Positions 25,699 through 38,500 of a DNA stretch of 64,000 bases are shown here, one piece after another. Position numbers and translations under genes: made by a program. The stretch is taken from assembly GCA_023213395.1 (NCBI GenBank), contig CM041465.1:50537741-50601740 (forward strand), written 5' to 3'. The notes under the pieces are model-generated. The model was not told the DNA's origin. It saw nothing but the letters and a program-made list of their open reading frames with translations, and did not search any database. This stretch comes from Cycas panzhihuaensis. Taxonomy: Eukaryota; Plantae; Cycadophyta. Within the stretch, counting starts at the first letter, position 1, and the number at the start of each line of letters is the position of its first letter.

Positions 25699-27071
25699 AA
25701 TTGAAGGGAAAAAAATGAAAATTTCAGAACTATAATATACGTTAAAAAATTAAATTTTCAGCAAGCCAAGTTTGCTGTTAAACAGACTGTACCATCTATT
25801 GTACTGCTATATGGCACAAATTTCAAAACATTTTGAAAAAATTTAAAATTTTCAAATTTGTTGCTCTTTACTTGCGCTTTACAAATATATAAAAAATTTT
25901 GAAAAAACTTATCAAAAATAGGCAAAAAAACCTATTTTAGCTCGCGGCCAAAATGTACTGAAAAACTCAAAAATGTTCATAACTTTTCAACGGAGTGTTA
26001 GATTCATGCGAGACTTGTACCAAATGATAGATCGGGACGAGGAGATGTGAAAACATATATTACAACAAAAAAAACTTTTCAGATTTTTTTAGATCTGAGA
26101 TTTTTAAATTTGGAGGGTGGCTACCTAAAGTAGGTTGTTTAATCCCTTTTAACCTCCAAATCTCGCGTCGCTCCAGTAGACAAAAATGCTCAGGAGGCTA
26201 AAACGTATCTATTGGTGAAATTTTGTGCGATTTTGAGCTCTTTTGATTTTTTTACTGTACCACTTTACGAAATTTCGTACACTTCGTACAACATCCATAC
26301 AATTTGATTTTATACTTCAAAATATGCTTCTAATTAGCGAAAATCATTGATTTGTTCTTCTGTAAGCTGTACATTTGATTTTTACTGTAAAAATTGGCCA
26401 AAAATGTCAGATTTAGGGCTAAAAACAAACGCTGAAAACTGTTGTAAGATGAGCAATTCCTATGCTCTTTTAGGCAGCCACACTTCTTCTTTTAATCTGC
26501 AGAAATAAAATAGTGCAAAAGCATACAAATTTGTACTAAAAATCTGCTAAAAAGAGTTTTAAAAATGGATTTAAAAGAAAATATCTCAACTCTTCACTTC
26601 ACATGAATGGTGGAGAAAGGAGAAAATAGCTTGCAATCTCCTTGCAAGTGAGTGTGGCACTGGGATCCTCCCAATGGCTTTGATACCACTTGTTGAGGGA
26701 ATGGATTTAGGAATCTTGAGGGAATGGATCTAGGAATCTAGTACACTAACACTACATAATGGCAAATAGTGGAGACAAGCACAATGTACTCAACAAAAGA
26801 AATGCTAATAGCTTGAGCTCAAAGAGGAGAAGTGTAGAATGATCACTCTCAATGTAATTTCAACTTATATAATGACAATGTTCATTAGGGTTTGGAATTT
26901 GAGTTTTTTCTCCTAATGACATTTAGATGAGATTACATGAAATTACAGTGAAATAAATTTTTTGTCATTTCACTTAAGTGACTTAAGCATAGTCACCTTA
27001 TCCTAAAGTTACAAACATAAAAGTGACTTTATTTAATTCTAACTTTATGAAATGACCATGTGACATTAACA
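25111..27071 (-). mobile_element. Leader, PBS-Met (26677-26688) and 5' LTR (26691-27071) that do not match the family-A LTR
   Basis: gctttgatacca precedes a 381-bp TGTT..AACA segment with only patchy similarity to 19837-20363. Confidence 0.7.
25664..25698. repeat. (TA)n microsatellite followed by poly(T)
   Basis: About 10 TA units followed by about 15 T. Confidence 0.9.
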
Positions 27072-29032
27072 TCATCACATTTATGCCAAGTGGGTACTTA
27101 TCTCCTAATTCAACTGATTTGTCCATGCTATAGGGTTTCAGAATTTCAAACCAATCTTCACGATTGGTCATGTGTCGCAAAGCTCCTAAGTCAATGTACC
27201 AAGTGTCTCATTCCTTCAGTCCTAGTGAAAGAGCGGCAACAAATAATGTTTCTTCTTCTTCTTCCTTGGTTTGTTCTTTGTTGTAGTTGCCAACTGGGCA
27301 TTTCCCTCTCTGAATATTTGTTCTTCTCTGTGGGCACTAGTAGGGATAATGTCCTAACTGCCCGCAATTATAACATACATCAAATGCTCTACAAGCATTG
27401 GAGAAATGTCTAGGTCGTCCACAACTAAAGCAGATTCTGGAATCTCTACTTCGTCCATGTCCCTTATTATCTTGCGATCGCCCACGAGCAAAGCTTCTAG
27501 TGTCTGGAGTGCGTCCTCTTCTTCGTGTTTGGCCACGTCCCCGAGGAACCAAGCTCAGCCTGGATGCAAAGGCATCCTCCAATTCTGATGAATCTTCATG
27601 GTGATTGTTTCTCTGTTCCCGTCTTAACAGTAACCCAGTTAATTCATCAAGAGACATAGCATCGATTTGATTATTGTTTACTATGGTGTTGACGGTAACA
27701 TCAAAGGATTTTGGTAGCTTGTTGGCTACCATTTGCACCAACTCTTGTTCAGAAACAACTTCTCCTGCACGTAAGAGACTATTTCTAAGTGAAGTAACTT
27801 TATGTATGAATTCAATTACTGTTTCACTTTCTTTCATGTGAAGTTTGTACAAGTCTTCCTTGAGAGCAAATATCCTTGCTTTGTTCTTTTGGCCAAAGAG
27901 ATTTTCAAAGCGTTTTCAGATAGTTGAAGCGGGGTTCAATTTTTTTACATAAACCAAAAGAGGGTCGAAGATAGAGTTTTAAGATAATTACTCCCACATT
28001 GTCTCTTTATGTCCAATCCGGCATGGATGCATTGGTACTGGTTGGTTTGGCTTCAGAACCATTGGCAATTTTTCGGGCATTTTTAGCCCTAAGAAGTGTT
28101 TCTACTTTTATTTTCCAAATGTGATAATTAGTATTTGTAAGTTTATCCTAATCAAATAAACCAAAAATGGGAGATGCCATTGGAATTGCTAACAGGACTT
28201 AGAAGCAGAGGTTGGCCTTACAACTGTACAGAATTTCGTACAAAAAATGAAGGCGTACAAATACCAACGAAAGTGGTCTCAAAAGAAGGGTATTGAAGAG
28301 CAAATTTCAAATCTATAAAAATGGAGGAACTGTGGCTAGGGTTTTTGCCCAAAAATGCAAATATCTCTTTAAAACAGTGAAAATAATCATTGGGCTTGGA
28401 TTCAAATCAACAAGAGCTTAGATCAGAATGTGTTAAGTCTGATATTACCCGTATTTTTGAGCAGAACTGAGAGAGATTTGAGAATTTATCTCTAACTTGC
28501 GCAGCTGCTAAAGTAGAGAAAAGGGCCTCAAAATTGCTTCAAATGCACTTGCTCTAGAAGAGAAAGATGTTCCTCGTAATGGGAGGAACCTATAGACCAA
28601 TTTTCATCACAATCTGAGAGGGTCGAAATTCTGATCAGACAGTGACTGAGCGACTTCTTCCGCTTCTGTTTGGTCTCTTGACTTCTTCTTCTGTCCTCCT
28701 TGAGACTTATCCTGAATAATCTTACTCAACTCCTAGATTTTTGATTAGGCAACCAAAAAGGCTTGTTCTGATACCATGGTAACTGAACAGAAATTAAAAC
28801 AAAAGAGAAATAAGAGAGATGGAATGAATCCTCATCGTTTTGGCTTGGAGACATTGTCTCTATAAATATACATCAGTGTTGTGACCATTACAACTTGAAA
28901 TGTAACTTTCCATTCTTGTAGTGACACTTGTCACAATATCTAATGTAAGTTACAACATGAGGGTGTGCAACATTACCCCTTACTTAACTTTAGGATAAAA
29001 CATTCTTTAGGATAAAACATTATATCCTAACA
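27072..29032 (-). mobile_element. 5' part of a Copia element: LTR 28777-29032, PBS-Met ~28766-28776, gag with two zinc knuckles, protease
   Basis: ORF 27337-27852 (UBN2-like, CFSCGRPRHFSNAC, CYNCGQLGH). Protease region ...RHMTNREDWF at ~27150-27200. Confidence 0.85.
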
Positions 29033-30475
29033 TCTCCAAGTGGCGTTTGGTATAATGTTGACCCTTGTTTCCTCGTCGACTATTATATGTTCTAGTCCTT
29101 GACCCAATATTTGGGTGGGCAATTTTGTAGCTTGATCTACTCTCAATGCCCTCAAATGTGTATCATCCAGAAGGTTTTCCACACTTGGATCATTCATGGT
29201 CAATTTACTTGTGTGGAGATCTTTCACTATTATTGTAGGTAGTTATGATCGTTCACCTATGTGCTTGATCAACCATTAGTTGGCTGATCTCCAAATCATA
29301 TGCCAATGAGAATCAACTTTATTATAACTTCTATTTATAGAATTTGCTCCACAAGTGTGTTTGTTCTTACTTGGGTATTTGATATATGGGTTTCTTGTGA
29401 TGGCTGCCCTGGTTGAGGTTTGTTTGGCAAGGTTTCTTGATGTTGTAGTATCTTATTCTTTTCTTCCTCCGAGTTTAGATGCTCTCCTTTTTTCATTTGC
29501 CTTGTTTTCTACATAGGCATTGATTAATGATTAGAATTTCTTGCAAGTTCAATTGCAACAAAATTTGTAGACTTAACTTGCTGAGGGCAATGATCGTCAT
29601 CATGATCCCCTGGACTACACCATTGACATAATGATGTTGGATCCTTTTCAGTTTTATTATAACAATCTTTAGTGAAGTGGCTGCATAATTTACATTGAAA
29701 ACATTGTACGATAAGTCTCTCCAAGAGATCCCTTTGTATTGATCTCTTATTGGATTCTTGTTTGGTTAAGAATGCATCATGATCTTGTCTTGTTTGTGCA
29801 CAAATATCGAAACCACATTCATCGATATCATGATTATTCATCTTGCATCTTGCATATGCCACAATACTTTCCTAGTGGCATTTGGTGATATGGACATTTC
29901 ACTTTTGTGTGGCATTGCCCTTTTGTCTCTGTCATCATCTATAATGCCAAGTTCATCATCATTTGTACCGAGTCTTCATGCAATGCCTCAATACAAGAAA
30001 TAGGTTCTCTTATTTCCTTCCACCTAAATATTTTGTCTTATGCCATGTCTCTATTTTATCTTCTATCTTCGAGCTCATAGCTTGATCTATTTCCTCCTGA
30101 TAAGATTTAGGTGGGACAACACATAGCCTTCTTTGATATTTTGGAAGAAGCCCTTCCAAAAACCATCTTTTCCGAAACTCGTCCGTTATCTCTCTTTCCA
30201 TTTTCTTCAGTAATGCTTTCAATCTGGTATTATAACTTCATGTTGTTTCCTTAGGTTCATGTTTCAGATTATATATTTGATTTATCACCTCACTATCATG
30301 TAACAATTAAAATTCTTTCTTTAAATATTTCCCTTAGCACCTTTCAATCCTTCAATTGGTCCTTGTTATATTCCTTGTACTAATCATTTGCTATCCCGTG
30401 CAGTGTTGTTGGAAATACCTTTAACCATTGGGTTTTATCTAATCCTCCGTTCTCAATCCAAATTGTTTGACACAT
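29033..30475 (-). mobile_element. Old Ty3/Gypsy gag-protease remnant (outermost host of the nest); continues at 47007
   Basis: RWFLEGL, three CCHC-like motifs, and a degenerate protease IIVDEETRVNIIP. The sequence is continuous across TSD CACAT. Confidence 0.8.
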
Positions 30476-33400
30476 TGTGTGTGGCAGTTAAGTTGAAACT
30501 CTTTTTGTTTGTATTAGGAACAACTGCAACTAACTCAGCCACAACGAATATAAATATCATGTCGTAAAGAGTGGAAGGGGAGAGGTTTTCTTTTTGAGAA
30601 AATTGTAATAATCTGTCCGTCATCACACGGAATGTAGTCAGTCACATTCCGTGCCTGCTGTAAAAGCCCATCTCTGTGTGTTCTATTCTGGGTTGTCTCT
30701 GGTTGTGAGAGAACCAGAGTGACCCATCATAATGTAATGATGATGGTTCTTGTGCTCTCATATTTACATGTCTTCGTGCTATGGTGAATGATTGCAATTG
30801 GTATGGTTTTTTGTGCTTGTTTCTTTACGTGATAAAGGATGCTGCACACATTGGTTTCGTTGCCAAATTGGACCAAGACAATGGGTGAAATTAATTAAAA
30901 TCTTTTGGGTTTTCTTCTATGCCACCAAGAGTGAAAGCCGAAACGCGTCATGATCGAGGGGAGTGTTGAGCAAAAGAAAGAATCCAAGCAGGAGTACGTA
31001 AACCCAGATTTGCAATCACACCAAAGAAGCAAGTGAGGAGGTGACCAGCTGCACGTTCGATAGAAAGGGGGAAGTCAAGGAATGAGGATGTAGCAAAAGA
31101 TCAGTCTGGGCATAATAGAGACACAGGCAAAAGAAAGAATCAATTAGAGGTGTGCAAAAGATGAGGATTCGTTAAAAGAGGCACAGGCACTAAGTTTGGA
31201 CGAAAACATTCAACAGGATTCCGTTGAAGAAAATTTACAAAAAGAAGCATCAATACAAGAAGAAAATTCCATTGAGTTGGGGATATATAGTGTGGCAGAA
31301 CAGGCTTGGAATCATCACTTGTTGGAAATTCGAACTCTAAGCCGTATAATAAATCCCTTGTTCAAATTACCAATGGTGACTCTAGGGAGCAGTGTGGGAG
31401 GCGTAATGGGTAGTAATGCACAAACAACAGGAGGGCAAAGTGGCATACTGTGTGGAGGAAATCAAATAAGTACAACTCCATACATTGTTGTGCAAAGTGA
31501 TTCAATATTTTCGAGCCTCCAATTTGATGGTACTACGGATCCCGGTGATCACCTGACATTATTTAAAAATATGATCCATATTAAAAGGATCATAGATCAG
31601 GGGGGAAATCAAAGCTCGGTTTTTTTCAACATTAAGGGGACCTACAGTAGCTTGGTGTAATATGTAGCGGCGCATCAGTTGAATTGGAACCAACTGCAAG
31701 AACAATTTCTTAATCGATTTCAGAAATTGAGGGATCCAATAGCTATTTTGCAAGCTTTCGAAGAAATTCATCAGTATTCTGGGGAGTCTGTTAATGATTT
31801 TGACGGAAGGATGCAAGTTATAATGAATAAAATGCAAGCGTCAACAGCAATCAATCCAATGATGGCAATGAAATATTTTGTACAAGGATTGATACCTCAA
31901 CTGAGAGACAAAGTGATGTTGCATCCGATGAATAGTCATGAGCAAGTAAGGGAATTAGCACTGAAGTTTAAAAATCAAATGAAATCAGGCTATTCCCAGA
32001 TGACAATACAACCCCCAGTATATTGTTCATTGACGATTACGTCAGTACAGTCTATACCACAAATGGGCACTAATCTAGAAATCGTGGCTTTAAAGAAAGA
32101 GGTAGAAGTATTGAAGCAACAACCTGCAATTTCTATTCCAAATAGTATGCAACATTATCAGGAGTTGGAAAAACTCCATACAGAATTATCCCGGTTGTGA
32201 CTGGAAAAATCAAGAGAAAATATGTGGTGTCCTCTACCTTGCAATCAACAAGGACATTTAAAAAATGAGGATGGGGGATCTATGAAATGGTGTGAGAATT
32301 GTTGAAGAAATAATCATAACACATGGGAATGTTATTTTAGAGCCAAAAACAATGAAGACGAAATACATAATGTCTATTTATAAAAGACGGAACGAGGAGC
32401 TGTAAAGCAATACAAGGGAAAGACAAGACCCATTCGTTGTTTCTTATGTCAGAGATGGGGACATTTTACATCGAAGTGCCCACTAGAATAGAAAGGAGGA
32501 GAATATATCTGTGAAGAATGTGGACCAACAGATCATGAACGGTCTAACTGCCCCAAGAACAACAAGATACAAAACACCAACTTGGTGGATGTGATTTTGG
32601 ATCAAGAAAAGTTAGCCTACCTACAGACACAAAGTGGAAGATCAATAGGATCCCCTCCTATTCAAGATAATTTTCCAGATTCAATTGTGGAAAAGCAACG
32701 GTTACAAGAGGCGGTGAAAATCCTTCAAAATGCGATTGGAGAAACTCAAGAGGAGACACAACAAGGAAGATTTAAGGGTCTGCACTATAGGAGGAGGACA
32801 ACACAACCACCAGAAGGTAAGAATCGTTGGCAAAGGTTACAAACTGTAAAAGATATACTTATTGAATTAGGAGTATCAATTCCTATATCAGTAGTATTTA
32901 AGTGGTGGGAAGCAGGGTATTTTCAGCAATTGATTTTAGATCAAATTGTAAAGCCAGTTTTTAGAACCATAAAAGACACAGGAATAGACCCCAGAGTTCC
33001 AATGATGATGTTTGGAACCACCTTATGTAGAACTATTATAGATGGGGGCTTAGGAGTAAATGTATTACCCAAATTCTCATGGATAGCTCTAGGAAGGCCT
33101 AACGTGATTCCCCCAGATTATTCGATTAGATTAGCTAATCAATTACAAGTCAGGCCTATGGGAACATTATTGAATGTTTTAGTAACTGTGGTAGAAGTAA
33201 CTGTGCTGTTGGATTTTGCAGTAGTGCATATGTAGGATCAAAGGAAGACATATCCAACTCTATTGGGGAGACCATGGTTATTGGCTACAAAAGCAATCCA
33301 GGACTGGGGGAAACATACATTTACATTGCCAGCAAGAGAAAAAACAGTAACTTTCCCCTTATGTTCGAATGGATCATAGATAGAAAAGATTGAAGATGAA

Positions 33401-35538
33401 GGGAGAGCTTCATCCACAACGCCAACCCCAGAATCTACAGCGAGTTCTTACTCAAACAGCGTTCCGGATGCAACCAAGGTTGCTAAGTAGTCCTTCTTCC
33501 TTCTATATGCTGAAATGGTTATATAATGCTTGCGAAGAAACATAACTGGCAGCATGTTATCATATGGAATGCTACACGAATTTTTCAGAGAAAGAGAATG
33601 AGGAGGAAAGACAATTAGAGTCACCTCAATTGGAAAAGGTCCAAGAAAAATTTATTTTTATAGTTAATAAAATGACTAAACATAATGATGACTTAGAACA
33701 AGCAGAAAATTCTCTGCAATTATGTAATAAAACCTCGAAGAATAAAAGGTAGCAACAATTTTGGTACTTGGTGTCTTCTTGTTCTTGGACAAAACAAATT
33801 GGGTATGGGATGCATGTACAAAATTCTAATTTTTGGCATCAAATAAGTAAATCTTTTTCCAAGATTTCATGAATATATTCAGAAGCGGGTTGGGCAGATT
33901 GAAGGAATTTTTAGAATAAATCATATTACTCAAGAGAAGGAAATATATTGCTTTTAGATAGAAAAAGGAAATTTGCAAACCCATTCCACATTTGAATATG
34001 GGGAGCGTAGCATTGATAGCATGCTAGCCTATACATTAGGCGCAGATGGCAAAACAATGATGGGGGAAAAGCTAAAAATGCAAGAAATTAACATAGGGAT
34101 AGAGGAACAACCACGAATGATCACTTTAGGTGATTACTGGAAAGAAGAAATGGCGCAACAAGCAACTTCATTATTCTTGGAATATAAGGATGTGTTTGCT
34201 TGGTCTTATAAAGACCTAAAAGGCATCCCACCAGAATTAGGTGAACACAAAATAGATTTGATGGAAGGGGCTAAACTGGTAAGGCAAAGGCCATACCATA
34301 TGAATCCTAAGTACAAGGAACAAGTTAAAGCAGAATTAGATAAGCTATTGGAAGCAGATTACATTTTTGAGGTCGAGAATAGTGAATGGGTAAGTCCCGT
34401 TATGGTTGTTCCGAAAAAGAATGGGAAATTGAGAGTTTGTGTTGACTACAGAGCTTTAAATAAGGCCACCAAGAAGGATCCGTTTCTAATTCTTTTTACA
34501 GAGGATATTTTAGAGAAAGTGGCAGGACATGAAGTGTACTCGTTCACAGCTAGATTTACTGGGTACAACCAGGTCTGGATTGAACCAGAAGATCAATTAA
34601 AGACAACTTTTGTCACCAAGTGGGGCACTTATGCATTTCGAGTAATGCCATTCGGGCTAACAAATGCCCCTGCAACATTTTAGAGAGTTATTCTTAATAT
34701 TTTTAAACAAACAATAGGAAAAACAATTGAAGTATTCTTAGACGATTGGACATTGTTCACTCTATTAAAGAATCACCTTGGTTGTCTACGATCGATGTTG
34801 GAAACTTGCAAAAAGAATAACCTCTATTTAAATCCTGCGAAATGCACCTTTAGGGTGCCATTTGGAACTCTGCTAGGACATGTGGTGACGAAAGAGAGGT
34901 TACTAATGGATCCGAATAAAGTAGCAGTGATTTAAAATTTTTCGGTACCAAAAACACAAAGGCAAGTTAAAGTATTTCTAGGGATGATAGGGTACTATCG
35001 AAAATTTATAAAAAATTATGCCCAGATAGTTAACCTGTTGGAAATCCTATTGAAAAAGAAGATGGAATGGCAGTGGCAACTTCAGCAACAACTAGCATTT
35101 GAACTGTTGAAGAAGAAGATAGCTCAAGCACCAATTTTGAGATTTCCGGATTGGGATAAACCTTTCCATGTACATGTAGATGCTTCTCTGTTTGCAATTG
35201 GGTGTGTATTAACACAGCCAGAAGACAACAAAATTGATCTACCGATTTATTTTGCAAGTAGAAAATTAACAGATGCTAAAAAAAATTATTCAGTGATAGA
35301 ATGAGAAGGGTTGGGCATGGTTGTGCTCTTCAGAAGTTTAGACATTATTTACTAGCTAATTTATTTATCTTTTTTGTAGATCACCAGGTGCTTCAATATT
35401 TAATTAATAAGCCCATTGTTCAAGGGAAAATTAGTAGGTGGCTCATGCTGTTCCAAGAATTTAGTTTCAAGATTATCGTCAAGAAAAGAGCTAAGCATAC
35501 AATCCTTGATGTACTATCGAGGGAAGTGAATGGGGAAC

Positions 35539-38500
35539 TGTTGGGACATATTTTGACACATAGACCTTGAGGAAGACGGAATATAGGCTTGTATTGACCA
35601 GAGGAATGTAGGTACGGACCGTACGGAGGTACGCATAGTGGAAAAAGGTGGAAAATATGCAATCTGGGTACGTATGATAGATACGTACTTAGTTACGTAC
35701 CTTTTAGGGTACGCATTATAGGATGCGTACCGTTTTTGGTACGCTAGCAGACAACAAGGTACATATGGACAGATCTGACCCAAAGGCACCCAGAAATGAT
35801 GACGTTAGCCCAAAAGGACGTATGTACGGATGTACAGATCGGAAAAGACACCATTAAGGAGACTTAATCATATGTAAAGTGAAAGGGTACCTTGGTGATA
35901 AAAAGGTATGGTTATGACTTTGGGTCATAACCTTTCACCCAAAAGGCATCAAAGGGAAATATTTAATGATGCTTTGAGGACCATTCCAGTGTGAGAGCTG
36001 AGTGATTCAATCCTATGGTATACTCTTAAGGGTGAGAGCCAAGTATTCAGACACTCAATGGTACGGGAACCAGTACGTATGACAGCAGCCTAAAGTAGTG
36101 TATAATGATGTGTACCTTCCGGGTATGCATGTGACAGTAGCAATGTATGTGGTTGGAATGCACAGGGAATGCATTCCAACACCTTGTGTACAAAGACTTA
36201 TTGCTTAATAAAAGAAGAGTTACGTGGAAATGTTGATTTTATGTGTGTTATGAAGATTGGATGCTGAATATGTGTTGATTACTATATTGTTGTGTGTAAA
36301 CTATGACATGATTATGTGGAATTGTTAATAAATCTATGTGATCTATGTGGATGAATATGTAGACTGTATCCTAGACTAGATTACCTGTGCTATCTTGACA
36401 AGTGTACCTATCTCACAAGTGTAGTGAGAAACCATAGTCAACATTGGTTCTGTTGCCTACATCCACTGAGGAGGGACTAAGGCCAGGAGTTTCACAAGGG
36501 GGAGCATGTTCAAAGGACAAAGGACCCCACAGGCGTCGTGATGGCGGTGTCAGAACTAAGCCTCTGGCAGCCAGGGGACCTTCCAATGCCACCTAAGAGG
36601 TCTTAGAAGGCGGGAGAGGCACAAAAGGATACTTCACCTAAGGGGAAAGAGACAAGTAGACAAAGACCATTACGATGGTCAAAGGAGTCAAAATTGAGAA
36701 GGGCAAGAAGACAGTTCGCATAATAACGAGACTAAGGAATAGTCTGTTGAAGAATTTGAGGTAAGTGGAGCCCAGACATCTCAGGAGCAAGGAGAGGGAA
36801 ACAATGGCGAGCAAATGGTATTAACACCTGCCCCAATCAAATATGATCTGTTTAGCCCAGAAAGGGAAGAAAAACCAAAAGTGAATGAGGAACATAACGA
36901 CACCTTAAGGAAGGAGGATAATATACCTATGGAAGATACCCTGAAGGACCTAAGTGATAATGAGAAGAAGGTGGAGGAAGGTCCCTCAACATATTAGGAA
37001 AACAAGTTAACATGACAACTTTTTGAGAATTCGACAAACAAAAGGTTTGACCAATCATATATAACGGTTACACCATTGACAGTACAAGTACCGGGTGTGC
37101 CAGAACCTATACACCTAAAAACACCATTAAAAAATCCCCTATTTGGGAGGGAGAGCATTGCAGTAAGCACTCCAAACACACCACCTAAAGAGAAGGGTGA
37201 AGGGGTAGAAGTAGAATCCCTTGAGGAGTAAAAAGGAGAAGAATCACCACTGGGTGGAACACCAGTACAATCACCCAGGATGAACGACTACAGAGATTTT
37301 GGGAAATTGATCTTTAATGACACCTTAGATGCAGCCGAGCACGCATATTATTCCAAAACTTGATTGATGTAAAGAAAATCACAGATGAAGACGAAATAAA
37401 GGCCAAATTTGCTTGTACATTAAGGGGAGTACCATTGGCATAGTACAAGGAGTTAAATAAGAAAGACTCATGGGCCAAGATAAAGAAGTCTTTTGAGGAA
37501 AGGTTTCAGAAATTTTGAAGTAATGAAGCGGTGGAAATTGCCTTGAGGGAAATCAAACAAAGACCAGGAGAATTGGTATTGACTTATATCAGCCGAATAA
37601 AAATCATTACTGTCAACATGATCAATGAGACAGTGACAGACCATAATATGAAGAATTATTTTGTTAGAGGACTAAATGAAAAGTTGAGATCTATGATGCA
37701 TGCATATCCATTGAAGTATTTCAAGAATGCCCAGGATTTGGCACTAGATTTCGAAGCCAAAATGGATGCTCAAACTGGAGGACACGATCCCCTCCTACTA
37801 AGATTACAAGAGGAGATAAGGGAAATGAAGCTGAATCAGCATAACTGACTCTTCTGTCAGGTAGGAGTCTCAAGAGAGGAATAAGAAGTAGAAGCTTTGA
37901 GAAAGGAAGTAGAAAGATTAAAAATGAGAAATAATAGAGAAGAGGAAGCGGCAAAGAGGAAAAAGGATTGCGAATTCAAAGTTGAGAAATGGTGCCACAT
38001 TTGCGAAGAGAGTTCACACACGACAAAAGAGTGTGAAATCAATCCGAAGAATAGTGCAATGCACGAGAGGGACAAATGGTGCCACATATGCGATGTGGAT
38101 ACTCATATGACGAAAGATTGTTTTTACAACCTGAGAGGAAGATCATATAAAGGACGAGGTAGGGGAAGAGGAGGCAACCCACCTCGGAATGTATACACAA
38201 CAAGGAGTATGCAAGAATCCTCAAAGAAACAACTAATGGGGAGATGCCTCATATGTTTGCAGTTCGGACATTGGAAATCGGAATGCCCAACTAAGCGGGA
38301 GTACGAACAAAAACCGTTCGTATGCAACAATTGTGGGCCAAGTGAGGACAGAACGGAAGATTGCAAAGGGAAAGCCAAAGCTATCAATTTAATGACGATC
38401 ATACCAGAGAATAGTAAAAATGTAAAACTCCAAAAGAAGCAAAAGGAGAATGTAGAAGAAGGGTATCCAAACCCACGAACCCAGATAAATCGATTTCAAC

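Noticed and set aside
9675-29032. Pairing LTR 28777-29032 with 9675-9925 or 17797-17996 as one large nested element
   Set aside because: The LTR sequences do not align closely (only patchy similarity to 17797-17996) and the flanking 5-mers do not match.
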